Shown here in pieces: positions 1 to 9,057 of a DNA stretch of 62,017 bases; position 1 is the first letter of the stretch, and every line of letters begins with the position of its first letter. The translations under genes and the position numbers were made by a program. Where the stretch lies: contig DASZWY010000136.1 of NCBI GenBank assembly GCA_035546135.1, forward strand, positions 1-62,017, given 5' to 3'. The notes beneath the pieces were generated by a model. That model searched no databases, was not told the origin of the DNA, and worked only from the letters and a program-made list of their open reading frames with translations. The stretch comes from Opitutales bacterium (GTDB lineage: Bacteria; Verrucomicrobiota; Verrucomicrobiia; Opitutales; JABDGR01).

Positions 1-1
1 C

Positions 2-475
2 GCGAAGGGCTATCATGAATTTTTCCGCAACAGCGATATTTTCTACATGGCCAACTACGCGCAGACGGTGAACGTCATCGGCGCCATCAAGACCACGCCC
101 ACCGCCGCTGCTTTCGACGCCACCGCGCTGCCGCAGGTGCTCTATCGCAACCATTTCGGCACGATTCCGATCGAGGTGCCGCAGCAGCCCAATGGCCTCG
201 ATGTGTCCGCCGCCTGGACGGCCGACAAAAAGGCCATCACCATCGCCATCGTCAACCCGCAGACCACGCCGGACGAACTCGCGCTCAACCTTGGCCAGAC
301 TGCGGTCAAGGACCAGGCCACGCAATGGCTCATCACCGGCACTGACCCGGATGAATACAACGAGCCGGGCAAGCCCGCCAACCTGACCATCCAGGAGAAA
401 CACTTCACCCTAAACGAGGGCAAGCTTGCCGTGCCCGCCCTCAGTGTCGTGATGTACCGCTTGGATTTGCGTTGA
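2..475 (+). CDS. alpha-L-arabinofuranosidase-like glycoside hydrolase, C-terminal fragment (5' end outside window)
   Basis: The frame is open from base 2 into listed ORF 47..475. FFRNSDIFYMANYAQTVNVIGAIKT and the beta-rich tail resemble the C-terminal part of GH51 arabinofuranosidases (recalled, not searched). Confidence 0.65.
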   Translation, partial: AKGYHEFFRNSDIFYMANYAQTVNVIGAIKTTPTAAAFDATALPQVLYRNHFGTIPIEVPQQPNGLDVSAAWTADKKAITIAIVNPQTTPDELALNLGQTAVKDQATQWLITGTDPDEYNEPGKPANLTIQEKHFTLNEGKLAVPALSVVMYRLDLR

Positions 476-512
476 ACAACCCGCCGGATTTCCTACTAAA
501 TAGACCTTCCCC

Positions 513-1511
513 ATGAAACTCCCCTCGTTCCTCCATTCCCGCCTCGCGCTCGGCCTGGCGGCCGGCCTTTTCCTCGCTGCCTGCTCCAAATCGGACAACA
601 CGGCGGAATCCTCGTCCTCCTCATCGTCCAGCGCGGCGAAAAAGCCCATCGTAGTCGGCTTTGCCCAAACGGGCGCCGAGAGCCAGTGGCGCACCGCCAA
701 CACCAAGTCCCTGCAGGACGAGGCCAAGGCCCGCGGCATCACGCTCAAGTTTGTGGACTGCCAGAGCAAGCCGGAGAACCAAATCAAGGCCGTGCACGAT
801 TTCATCACCCAGAAAGTCGATGCCATCGTCATCGCGCCCATCAAGTCCACCGGGTGGGACGAAGCCCTGCAGGACGCCAAGTCTGCCGGCATTCCCGTCA
901 TCGTCGAGGACCGCAACGTGGACGCCGACAAGTCCCTTTATAAATGCTTCATCGGTTCCAACTTTACCAAGGAAGGCCAGATGGTCGCCGATTGGCTGAT
1001 TAAAAAGACCGGTGGCAAAGGCAATATCATCGAACTTTACGGCGAGCCCGGCTCCGCCGCCGCCGAAAACCGCCATAAGGCCTTCGCTGACGAAATCGCC
1101 AAGACCGACCTCAAAATCATTGATTCGCAAACCGGCATGTTCCAGCGCGACAAGGGCAAGGAGGTCATGGAAGCCATGCTGAAGGCCCACCCCAAGGGCA
1201 GTTTTGACATCGTTTACGCCCACAACGACGACATGGCCCTCGGCGCCATCCAGGCCATCGAGGCCGCCGGATTCAAGCCGGGCACCGATATCATGGTTGT
1301 GTCCATCGACGGCGAAAAGGAAGCCGTGCAGGCCGTGGCCGACGGCAAAATCAACTGCGTCGTCGAGTGCAACCCGATGGTGGGCCCGCTCGTGTTTGAC
1401 GCCGTGGAGAACGTGCTCGCCGGCAAGGAGGTCGCCCCGGTGACGTACAACACCGACCACGTCTTCGACAGCACCAACGCCGCGGCGGAAGCCCCCAAGC
1501 GGCCTTATTAA
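513..1511 (+). CDS. ytfQ: periplasmic sugar (galactofuranose-type) ABC transporter substrate-binding lipoprotein
   Basis: Lipoprotein-type signal (LAACS). VVGFAQTGAESQWRTANTKSLQDEAKARGITLKFVDCQSKPENQIKAVHDFITQKVDAIVIAP closely resembles E. coli YtfQ. First gene of a 4-gene ABC operon. Confidence 0.85.
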   Translation: MKLPSFLHSRLALGLAAGLFLAACSKSDNTAESSSSSSSSAAKKPIVVGFAQTGAESQWRTANTKSLQDEAKARGITLKFVDCQSKPENQIKAVHDFITQKVDAIVIAPIKSTGWDEALQDAKSAGIPVIVEDRNVDADKSLYKCFIGSNFTKEGQMVADWLIKKTGGKGNIIELYGEPGSAAAENRHKAFADEIAKTDLKIIDSQTGMFQRDKGKEVMEAMLKAHPKGSFDIVYAHNDDMALGAIQAIEAAGFKPGTDIMVVSIDGEKEAVQAVADGKINCVVECNPMVGPLVFDAVENVLAGKEVAPVTYNTDHVFDSTNAAAEAPKRPY

Positions 1512-1528
1512 TCGCGACGGGATTCCGC

Positions 1529-3070
1529 ATGGCCGCCGCCGAGTCGTCACCCTTGCCGCCGCTGCTCGCCATGCGTGGCATCGGGAAGAAATTTCCCGGG
1601 GTGACCGCCCTTGCCGGCGTAGACTTCACCGTCCGCGCGGGCGAAATCCACGCGCTGCTCGGCGAAAACGGCGCGGGCAAGTCCACGCTCATCAAATTAT
1701 TGACCGGCGTCTATACGCCGGATTCGGGTGAGGTGCGTTTTGCGGACACGGTCATCCGCCCGGCTTCGCCGCGCGACGCCGAGCGCGCCGGCATCAGCAC
1801 TGTGTATCAGGAGGTGAATCTGATTCCGTCGCTCTCGGTTGCCGAAAACATCGGCCTTGGCCGCCAGCCGGGCAAGTTCGGCTTTCTGAATTGGCGGGCA
1901 CTGCGCCGCCATGCCAAGGCCGCGCTCGCCCGGCTGGAAATCGATCTCGACGTGGACGCCGAACTGGGCTCACTTCCGCTGGCGCTGCAACAAATGGTCG
2001 CCATCGCCCGCGCGCTCGATTTGCAAGCGAAGCTGCTGGTGCTCGACGAACCCACCGCGAGCCTCGACGAAAACGAGGTCGCCGAACTGTTCAAAATCAT
2101 GCGCCAGTTGCGCGCCGCCGGACTCGGCATTGTTTTCGTCACGCACTTTCTCGACCAGGTCTACGCCGTCACCGACCGCATCACGGTGTTGCGCAACGGC
2201 GAACTGGTCGGCGAGTATGCGACGGCGGAATTGGGCCGGCTCCAACTCGTCAGCAAAATGCTGGGCCGTGAAGTCAGCGACGAGGAGGGCCACGGCCAGG
2301 GAGGCGGGGTGGCCGCAAAGGAATCCTCTGGCGGCATTCCGCTGCTCGAGGCCACGCAATTGGGCCGCCGTGGCGCGGTGCATCCGTTTGATTTGCAATT
2401 GCGCCAGGGCGAAGTCACCGGCTTGGCAGGCTTGCTCGGCTCCGGCCGTACGGAGACCGCCCGGTTGCTTTTCGGCATCGACCGTGCGGATTCCGGCCAG
2501 ATCCAATGGCGCGGGCAGCCGGTGAAAATTTCCTCCCCGCGCGCCGCCGTGCGTTTCGGCCTGGCGTTCTGCTCCGAGGACCGCAAAACGGAAGGCATTT
2601 TGCCCAACCTCTCGGTGCGCGAGAACATCATCTTTGCCCTCCAGGCCAAGCGCGGGGCGTGGCGGACGATTTCCCGCGCCGAACAGGACCAGCTTTGTGC
2701 GCACTATATCTCCGCGCTGCGCATCAAAACGGGCAGCCCCGAGACACCGATTAAAAATCTTTCCGGTGGCAATCAGCAAAAAGCCCTGCTCGCGCGCTGG
2801 CTCGCCACCCAGCCCGAACTCATCATTGTCGACGAGCCGACGCGCGGCATCGACATCGGCGCGAAAGCCGAGATTGAGGCGCTGGTGGCCAAGTTGCGCG
2901 CCGACGGGGTGGCGGTGCTCTTTATTTCCTCGGAAATCGAGGAGGTTGTGCGCAACAGCACGCGCATCGCCGTCCTGCGCGAACGCCGCAAGGTTGCCGA
3001 ACTCACCGGCGGCGAAATCGAACTGCACCGCCTGCTGCACGAGATGGCGGGCGTGCCGCCGAAACCATGA
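1529..3070 (+). CDS. ytfR: sugar ABC transporter ATP-binding protein (two fused ABC cassettes)
   Basis: Walker A GENGAGKST, Walker B LLVLDEPT and LIIVDEPT, signature LSGGNQQK. 513 aa, typical of fused ribose/galactofuranose-type ATPases. Confidence 0.85.
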   Translation: MAAAESSPLPPLLAMRGIGKKFPGVTALAGVDFTVRAGEIHALLGENGAGKSTLIKLLTGVYTPDSGEVRFADTVIRPASPRDAERAGISTVYQEVNLIPSLSVAENIGLGRQPGKFGFLNWRALRRHAKAALARLEIDLDVDAELGSLPLALQQMVAIARALDLQAKLLVLDEPTASLDENEVAELFKIMRQLRAAGLGIVFVTHFLDQVYAVTDRITVLRNGELVGEYATAELGRLQLVSKMLGREVSDEEGHGQGGGVAAKESSGGIPLLEATQLGRRGAVHPFDLQLRQGEVTGLAGLLGSGRTETARLLFGIDRADSGQIQWRGQPVKISSPRAAVRFGLAFCSEDRKTEGILPNLSVRENIIFALQAKRGAWRTISRAEQDQLCAHYISALRIKTGSPETPIKNLSGGNQQKALLARWLATQPELIIVDEPTRGIDIGAKAEIEALVAKLRADGVAVLFISSEIEEVVRNSTRIAVLRERRKVAELTGGEIELHRLLHEMAGVPPKP

Positions 3071-4074
3071 GCGCCCCGGTCCAACGGCGATGGCGCGGCG
3101 CGGCGGCTCTCTGGCCGCTCGCGGGCATTCTGCTGCTCGCGCTGGCCAACCTGATTTACAACCGCCAGTTTTTTTCCCTCACGGTCAAGGACGGCCATTT
3201 ATCCGGCGCGGTGGTGGATATTTTTGAAAACGGTTCGGTGTGCATGGCGCTCGGCTTGGGCATGACGCTCGTCATCGCCACTGGCGGCATTGACCTGTCG
3301 GTCGGTTCGGTCATGGCGATTGTCGCCGCGGTCGCCGGCGTGCTGATGCAGCAGGGCTACTCGATGACGGTGGCGATTGCCGCGGGCCTCGGCGCGGGCT
3401 TGCTCTGCGGCCTCGTCAACGGCCTGCTCGTCGCCTGGGCGCGGATCCAGCCGATTGTCGCCACGCTGGTGCTCATGGTCGCGGGGCGCGGCATCGCCCA
3501 GCTTATCACCGGCGGCTTTCAGGTGAAGATCAACAACGCGCCGTACAATTATATCGGCAACGGCTTCTTTCTCGGCCTGCCCCTCATGCCGATTATTGCG
3601 ACCGCACTGTATCTTGCGGCGTGGCTGTGGCTGCGCCGCAGCGCCACCGGGCTTTTTGTCGAGGCCACCGGCGACAATGAAACCGCGAGCCGCTTTGCCG
3701 GGCTGGCCGCGGGCCGGGTGAAATGCCTCGCCTATGTCGTCTGCGGGCTGTGCGCCGCGGTCGCCGGCATTTTCGCCTCCGCGAACATCACCAACGCCAA
3801 CCCGCTGCACGACGGCCTCGACATGGAGCTCGACGCCATTTTTGCCGTGGTGCTCGGCGGCACGGCGCTGAGCGGGGGCCGCTTCAACCTCCTCGGCACC
3901 TACCTTGGCGCCATCATGCTGCAAACCTTGACGCAGACGATGTATTACGTCGGAGTGAAGTCAGCGGTGGCGCCCGTGCCCAAGGCGGTGCTCATTATTC
4001 TCGTCTGCCTGCTGCAATCGGAAACCACGCGCCGCTGGCTGGGCGGCCTGCGCCGAAAAAAGGCCCGCGCATGA
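3067..4074 (+). CDS. ytfT: sugar ABC transporter permease
   Basis: Multi-TM hydrophobic protein of the ribose-type permease family. Its ATG overlaps the ytfR stop (ATGA at 3067-3070). Confidence 0.8.
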   Translation: MSAPVQRRWRGAAALWPLAGILLLALANLIYNRQFFSLTVKDGHLSGAVVDIFENGSVCMALGLGMTLVIATGGIDLSVGSVMAIVAAVAGVLMQQGYSMTVAIAAGLGAGLLCGLVNGLLVAWARIQPIVATLVLMVAGRGIAQLITGGFQVKINNAPYNYIGNGFFLGLPLMPIIATALYLAAWLWLRRSATGLFVEATGDNETASRFAGLAAGRVKCLAYVVCGLCAAVAGIFASANITNANPLHDGLDMELDAIFAVVLGGTALSGGRFNLLGTYLGAIMLQTLTQTMYYVGVKSAVAPVPKAVLIILVCLLQSETTRRWLGGLRRKKARA

Positions 4075-5042
4075 ACACCGCCCTCCGCCAGCGTCTGCCG
4101 CAAATGGTCACCGCGGCCATCTTTGTCCTGCTGTTCGCCGCCGCGGGCGCGCGCTACGCGAACTTTGCCTCGGCGGCGAATTTCGCGAACCTCTTCATCG
4201 GCAATGCCTGCACGGGCATCACCGCGATCGGCATGACGCTGGTGATTTTTTCCGGCGGCATCGACCTCTCCGTTGGTGCGGTGGCGGCGTTTACGAACAT
4301 TTTTGTGGCCGTCGCCGTCGAGCAGCACGGCGTCCACCCGCTGGCCGCGGCGCTGGCGGGCCTGGCGATTGGCACCGGCTTTGGCGCGGCGATGGGCGCG
4401 CTCATCCATTATTTCAAGCAACCGCCTTTTCTTATCACCCTCGCCGGCATGTTTTTTGCGCGCGGCTGCGCCCATTGGATCAGCACCGACAGCATTGACA
4501 TCAAAAACGGTTTCTTTCTCCAGTTCTCGCGGTATGCGGCGAAAATCGGCGGCGTGCCCGTCCATCCGCTGCCGGCGTATGTTTTCCTCGCCGTGTTTGC
4601 GGTGGGCTACCTCCTCGCGCAGCACACGCGCTTTGGGCGCAACCTGCTCGCCATCGGCGGCAGCGAGCAATCCGCGCTGCTCATGGGCCTGCCCGTCGGC
4701 GCGTCCAAAATCGCCGTCTATGCCCTTTGCGGCGCGTGCGCGGCGCTCGCGGGGTTGGTCAGCACGCTCGTTTCCGGCGGCGATTCCACCTACGGCATCG
4801 GCATGGAGCTTGACGCCATCGCCATCGTGGTGATTGGCGGCACCCTGCTCACCGGCGGGCGCGGGCACATGTTCGGCACGCTCTGCGGCTTTCTCATCAT
4901 TGGCACCATCCAGGCTGCGATCACCTTCGACGGTTCGCTCAGTTCGTGGTGGACGCGCATCATCACCGGCGCGCTGCTGCTGGCGTTCATCTTTTTCCAG
5001 CGCCTGCTCCTGCGCGCCACGCAAAAGCGGCTGTCCGCCTAG
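4071..5042 (+). CDS. yjfF: sugar ABC transporter permease (second subunit)
   Basis: ATG 4071 overlaps the ytfT stop (ATGA). Multi-TM sequence MNTALRQRLPQMVTAAIFVLL... The track start at 3723 would overlap ytfT by 350 nt and encodes Arg-rich low-complexity sequence. Confidence 0.8.
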   Translation: MNTALRQRLPQMVTAAIFVLLFAAAGARYANFASAANFANLFIGNACTGITAIGMTLVIFSGGIDLSVGAVAAFTNIFVAVAVEQHGVHPLAAALAGLAIGTGFGAAMGALIHYFKQPPFLITLAGMFFARGCAHWISTDSIDIKNGFFLQFSRYAAKIGGVPVHPLPAYVFLAVFAVGYLLAQHTRFGRNLLAIGGSEQSALLMGLPVGASKIAVYALCGACAALAGLVSTLVSGGDSTYGIGMELDAIAIVVIGGTLLTGGRGHMFGTLCGFLIIGTIQAAITFDGSLSSWWTRIITGALLLAFIFFQRLLLRATQKRLSA

Positions 5043-5069
5043 GGGCGCAGACTGGCGACGCCCGCGCTT

Positions 5070-6026
5070 TCACCCATCCCGCGCGCAGCGGAATCCGGTG
5101 TTGCCCGTCGAGCTGTCCGGCGTATTGCCGATGCGCGCGGCCACCCGGTAGCGGTTGCAGTACGAGTGGTGGCAGAGATAACTCCCGCCGCGCACGACCC
5201 GGCGTTCGCCTGCGGGCGGGCCGACGGGGTCGGTGCGCGGGCCAGTGGCATGAAAATCGCGGCTGAACCAGTCGTGGCACCATTCCCAGACATTGCCCGC
5301 CATGTTGTAGAGGCCGTAGCCATTGGCCGGAAAGCTCTTCGCCGGCGCGGTGCCGCGGTAGCCGTCCTCGGCGGTGTCGAGGGTGGGGAAGGTGCCCTGC
5401 CAGATATTGCACCGGTGCTTGCCGCCCGGCGTCAGCTCGTCGCCCCAGGCGTAGCGCTTTTGCACCAGCCCGCCGCGCGCCGCGGCTTCCCACTCGGCCT
5501 CGGTCGGCAGGCGCTTGCCCGCCCACGCGCAATAAGCCCGCGCGTCGGCCCACGACACATGCACGACCGGGTGGCTCCAGCGCTTTTTGATGTTCGTGCC
5601 CGGCCCTTCCGGATGCCGCCAATATGCCCCGGCGACCTTGCACCACCATTCGCTGCCCGCCACGCGCTCGGTCACCTGCGCCAGCAGGTCGCGTTCGAGA
5701 AAAAGATGAAACACGAACGACCAGCCGAATTTCTCGGCGTCAGTCTTATACCGCGTGGCGTTGACGAAATCGTTGAACTGCTCATTGGTCACGCAGCAGG
5801 CATCGAGGTAAAACGGCTGGAGCGTCACCGCGCGCACCGGCCCCTCGCCGTCATCCGGCCAGCATTCCGGCCCCTCCGCGCCCAGAAGAAATTCTCCGCC
5901 GGGAATCAGGCGCATCCCTGAGGGCGAACCGGCATTTATCCGCGCAAATTCAGCCTCGGAACCCGGCGCGGGAGTCAAATTCACGCCCGGCGCCCGCGAA
6001 GGGGTGCAGCAGGAATCGCCGTTCAT
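5070..6026 (-). CDS. formylglycine-generating enzyme (SUMF1/FGE family, sulfatase maturation)
   Basis: RVVRGGSYLCHHSYCNRYRVAARIGNTPDSSTGNTGFRCA is the hallmark FGE C-terminal motif. ATG 6026 is preferred over the GTG at 6071, which would run through the repeat hairpin 6059-6127. Confidence 0.85.
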   Translation of the reverse strand: MNGDSCCTPSRAPGVNLTPAPGSEAEFARINAGSPSGMRLIPGGEFLLGAEGPECWPDDGEGPVRAVTLQPFYLDACCVTNEQFNDFVNATRYKTDAEKFGWSFVFHLFLERDLLAQVTERVAGSEWWCKVAGAYWRHPEGPGTNIKKRWSHPVVHVSWADARAYCAWAGKRLPTEAEWEAAARGGLVQKRYAWGDELTPGGKHRCNIWQGTFPTLDTAEDGYRGTAPAKSFPANGYGLYNMAGNVWEWCHDWFSRDFHATGPRTDPVGPPAGERRVVRGGSYLCHHSYCNRYRVAARIGNTPDSSTGNTGFRCARDG

Positions 6027-6044
6027 GAGGATAGGAGGTAGAGG

Positions 6045-6127
6045 CACTGAGGCACTTGGACACTGAGGCACTGAGGTAGCGAAAATTACCAGGGTTGATT
6101 TGCTCAGTGCCTAAGTCCCTCAGTGTC
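6045..6127. repeat. cluster of CACTGAGG / CCTCAGTG 8-mers forming a compound stem-loop just downstream of tRNA-Asn
   Basis: CACTGAGG at 6045, 6061 and 6069. Complements are at 6103 (7/8 match) and 6118. GACACTGAGG (6059-6068) pairs with CCTCAGTGTC (6118-6127), and CACTGAG (6069-6075) pairs with CTCAGTG (6103-6109). Possible tRNA terminator, but there is no U-tract. Confidence 0.4.
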
Positions 6128-6139
6128 TGCTCAATAAAA

Positions 6140-6214
<75 letters not shown>

Positions 6215-6453
6215 ACGAGAAAAGGTAACGCGGAAAGAGGAGGATAGCCAATTCCCCTCGGGCACAGCAAGCAAAAAGGCATTTCCCGAGGGAAAACGCG
6301 CGGCGGAACGAATGGGGATGGCCACAAAAAGGAAGCGGAATCGCGCCAGTCGACCGGTTTGCAATGTGCCGTTTAGTGCCGTTTTGAAACCTTGGCAACC
6401 GTATGAAAAACCGTATTGATTTTTGGGCAACCGGTGGCATATTAGGGGTTATC

Positions 6454-7683
6454 ATGAAAAAGACCGACATCAAACTGGGCCAGTATCTCACGCGCCGGGG
6501 CAAGAAAGGCATCCTGGTGTTCCGCTTCTGGCACGAGAACACGGAATACCTGCGCAGCACGGGCACCGACCTGGCGGACGTGGCCCGCGACCGGGCCTGG
6601 GCGATTTACAACGACATCGTGAACCCGCAGGCCGGCCAGACCCCGCAGCCGCTCTTGCGCAACACGCACGCGACCGCCGGGCAGGTGGCGGACCTGTACC
6701 TCGCGGGCATTTGCCAGCGCGCCACCATCAGCCCGAAATCGGCGGCGCACAACGTGGCGAAGCTGGCGCGGCTCATCACCGAAACGGAGGGGTTTGCCGG
6801 CAAACAGGAGTGGCGCGACGTGCGGGTGAACCAACTGGATGAAGACTTTGTGAACCGCTGGCGGGCGCTCCGCTACGCCGCCAAGGGCCACGCCGGCCCG
6901 GCCAGGGCCGACCTTTGGCTGAACGGCACGCTGAACTCGACGCTGGCGCAGGCCCGCAGCCTTTTTTCGCGCGACGCGTGGAAGCTCTACGAAAAGCTGA
7001 AGATGCCGCCGCGGGACCAGCTGCTCTACGCGCCCCGCCTGGCCGAGCCGGATTACACCTTCGAGGAAATCCCGGCGCACGTGGACGCACGGATGCAATA
7101 CCTCGCGCGGGCGGCGCTCGACGGCAAGCCGGAAGCGGAATCCCCGAGCCAGGCGGTGGCGGTCATTTTCGAGCTGGCGCGGTTTTACGGCCTCACCGGC
7201 TACGAAATGCTGCATGCGCGCTGGGACTGGATGGAGGAGCAGCCGGACGGCTCCCTGGTGCTGGCCATCAAGGCGCGGCCGGCGCGGGACGGCATTCCCG
7301 CCTTCACCACGAAGCGCAACGCGAAGAACCGGCGGCTGGGCCTGAACCGCAGCCAGGTCGAACGTTGGAAAAGGGCGCCCCTCAGTCCATTATGCGCCGC
7401 CAAAGCAGCCAAGAAGAACCGCCAGCCGGACGCCGGCGGTTATATTATCCCCGGCCTGAACCGCGCCGACCGCGAGAGGACGCTGCAACGGGAGGCGAGC
7501 CAATGGGTACGGAAGTTTCTGCCGAACCAGACCAAGACACTGCACGCGCTGCGCGCCCAGGGCGGCAGCGAAGTGCTCAAAAAGTACGACCTCAACACCG
7601 CCGCCGACTGGCTAGGCGACCGCATCGAGACGGCGAAGAAATTCTACCTAGCGCGGCAAGTCGTGGCGGCGCTGGGGGCGTAG
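6454..7683 (+). CDS. int: tyrosine-type site-specific integrase
   Basis: Adjacent to att/tRNA. The C-terminal catalytic signature is visible: LHALRAQGGSEVL (HxxR box) and AKKFYLAR (catalytic Tyr region). ATG 6454 (MKKTDIKLGQYL) is preferred over ATG 6403, which lies inside a 21-bp repeat. Confidence 0.85.
   Translation: MKKTDIKLGQYLTRRGKKGILVFRFWHENTEYLRSTGTDLADVARDRAWAIYNDIVNPQAGQTPQPLLRNTHATAGQVADLYLAGICQRATISPKSAAHNVAKLARLITETEGFAGKQEWRDVRVNQLDEDFVNRWRALRYAAKGHAGPARADLWLNGTLNSTLAQARSLFSRDAWKLYEKLKMPPRDQLLYAPRLAEPDYTFEEIPAHVDARMQYLARAALDGKPEAESPSQAVAVIFELARFYGLTGYEMLHARWDWMEEQPDGSLVLAIKARPARDGIPAFTTKRNAKNRRLGLNRSQVERWKRAPLSPLCAAKAAKKNRQPDAGGYIIPGLNRADRERTLQREASQWVRKFLPNQTKTLHALRAQGGSEVLKKYDLNTAADWLGDRIETAKKFYLARQVVAALGA
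6792..6805. repeat. GTTTGCCGGCAAAC palindrome, perfect copy (inside int, read as GFAGKQ)
   Basis: Read directly from the sequence. Confidence 0.95.
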
Positions 7684-7745
7684 TCTTGGTGGTTTGTCAG
7701 CAAACAGGCTTGACCAAAGAAGCGTAGGCGACAAAAACGCGTAGC

Positions 7746-8033
7746 ATGCAACCACGACTTGCCGACTTGGTGACGCCGCCAATCTATGTCATCAACAATG
7801 ACAACATGGTTATTGTGGTTATTGTGTGTGCGATTGCTCTATTGGCGGCTTTTAGCTTAGGGTGGTATAAGGGTCCAAGCGCGATCTCATGGCTCAAATA
7901 CTGCTGGGTAATCGGATTGCTTTGGACGGGCTGGGTGGCGATTGTGAATGATGTCCATTTTTTGCTCTGCTGGCTTTGGCTAGGCCTCTGCAGCTGGCTG
8001 TTATGCAAAATAGGGAAAAGACAAGGACGGTAA
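7746..8033 (+). CDS. small hydrophobic membrane protein (moron candidate)
   Basis: 95-aa ORF with about three hydrophobic segments (IVVIVCAIALLAAF, VIGLLWTGWVAIV, LLCWLWLGLCSWLL). It lies in a visibly AT-richer island between int and the repressor-like gene. Confidence 0.5.
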   Translation: MQPRLADLVTPPIYVINNDNMVIVVIVCAIALLAAFSLGWYKGPSAISWLKYCWVIGLLWTGWVAIVNDVHFLLCWLWLGLCSWLLCKIGKRQGR

Positions 8034-8052
8034 AAGCGGCGAATAATAGCAA

Positions 8053-8514
8053 TTAATTTTTCCCGGTTTTGTCTTCGGCTACACGCTGAAGTGGCTTACC
8101 TAAAATTTTATAAGGAATTTTCCCGGCCGTCATTTCCTCACGGGCAATACGGGCCATGGATTTGAGGGCGCCGGCGAGGTCGGGATGCTTGAGGAGATAT
8201 TCGCGAAGGGTGACGAGGTCCTTGTCCAGGCTGGGGCCGGGAAGCTCGCCAGGGAGAAGCACTTCGACGTCCTCGGCGGAGAACCCCGCGCGGCGAACTT
8301 CGTCGCGGAGGTAGGCCCGGAGAATGTTGATACCGATTTCAGGACGGGGCCATTTGCTGACAAAGGCGCGGAGCAGCTTATCGTTGGGTTGACTGCCGCG
8401 GTTTAGACAATGATGAGCGGTGCGGTAGTTGACGCCTGCGGCCTCTGACCAGGCCCGAAAAGTGGTACCGGTCTCGTTCAAAGCCGCGTGAAATGCGTTC
8501 GCGAAGAGGCTCAT
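8053..8514 (-). CDS. HTH DNA-binding protein, candidate prophage repressor
   Basis: The only convincing minus-strand gene in the element, divergent from the early operon. HTH-like TFRAWSEAAGVNYRTAHHCLNRG. Its position between int and the early genes matches CI-type repressors. Function is inferred. Confidence 0.55.
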   Translation of the reverse strand: MSLFANAFHAALNETGTTFRAWSEAAGVNYRTAHHCLNRGSQPNDKLLRAFVSKWPRPEIGINILRAYLRDEVRRAGFSAEDVEVLLPGELPGPSLDKDLVTLREYLLKHPDLAGALKSMARIAREEMTAGKIPYKILGKPLQRVAEDKTGKN

Positions 8515-8603
8515 ACCCGAGGAACTATGACCATTTTGGTCAATAATGCAAACATATTATTGACATCGTGACAATTTTGAACATATATGTCCCTAAATGT
8601 CAC
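8515..8603. promoter_or_regulatory. divergent promoter/operator (genetic switch) region
   Basis: Perfect palindrome TGACCA-TTT-TGGTCA (8528-8542). Rightward promoter: TTGACA (8560-8565), 17 nt, ATATAT (8583-8588). Leftward promoter: TTGCAT (complement of 8546-8551), 16 nt, CATAGT (complement of 8524-8529), leaving almost no leader before the repressor ATG at 8514. Inverted GTGACA (8568-8573) and TGTCAC (8598-8603). Confidence 0.45.
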
Positions 8604-8806
8604 AGAACAGCGCAATCGCCAGTTCAGTCGAAGAGGTCCGAAATTACATTCTGGACTGCCTCCGCTTTCAGCAGCGCGCGTCCCGTTCGCGCGAGATCCG
8701 CGAAGCGGCCTTCCAATTTGAGGAGATCATCAAGACGGCCAAGGTGGACCCGGCGCAAGAGGTGTTGCCGCTGGGGCGCACGGGCACGGAAGGGAGCTCG
8801 TCGTGA
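8597..8806 (+). CDS. hypothetical protein (first early gene)
   Basis: 69-aa ORF directly downstream of the rightward promoter candidate. No motif recognised. Confidence 0.5.
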   Translation: MSQNSAIASSVEEVRNYILDCLRFQQRASRSREIREAAFQFEEIIKTAKVDPAQEVLPLGRTGTEGSSS

Positions 8807-9057
8807 GCGCGCTGCGACAAATGCCGGCGCGCGTGACACGGTGCCCATTGCGGGTACGGCTGGCGCGCTCGATTACAACGGCCATTCCTTTAAGCGAAAC
8901 GGAGCGCCTTGGACTGGCGTGGTGCGTGGCCGGTGGATTGGCGCTCTTGGGCGCCGGTTTGTTTTTCAGTGACCAGGTGACGGTGATTACAGGCGCGGGG
9001 ATATTGACGGTGGCGGCGTTGTTTGGCCTCGAAACGAGAACGGGAGGCCGGACATGA
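8803..9057 (+). CDS. hypothetical small membrane protein
   Basis: GTG start overlapping the upstream stop (GTGA). Hydrophobic segments LAWCVAGGLALLGAGLFF and ITGAGILTVAALFGL. Confidence 0.5.
   Translation: MSALRQMPARVTRCPLRVRLARSITTAIPLSETERLGLAWCVAGGLALLGAGLFFSDQVTVITGAGILTVAALFGLETRTGGRT

Noticed and set aside
3723-4070. Upstream extension of the yjfF-like permease ORF.
   Set aside because: It overlaps ytfT by ~350 nt in another frame and encodes Arg/Pro-rich sequence. ATG 4071 is ATGA-coupled to the ytfT stop.
6045-6127. The CACTGAGG repeat cluster as a mobile element or regulatory array.
   Set aside because: The simplest reading is a compound hairpin (terminator or processing signal) between the tRNA and the FGE gene in host DNA. 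There are no terminal repeats or coding capacity.
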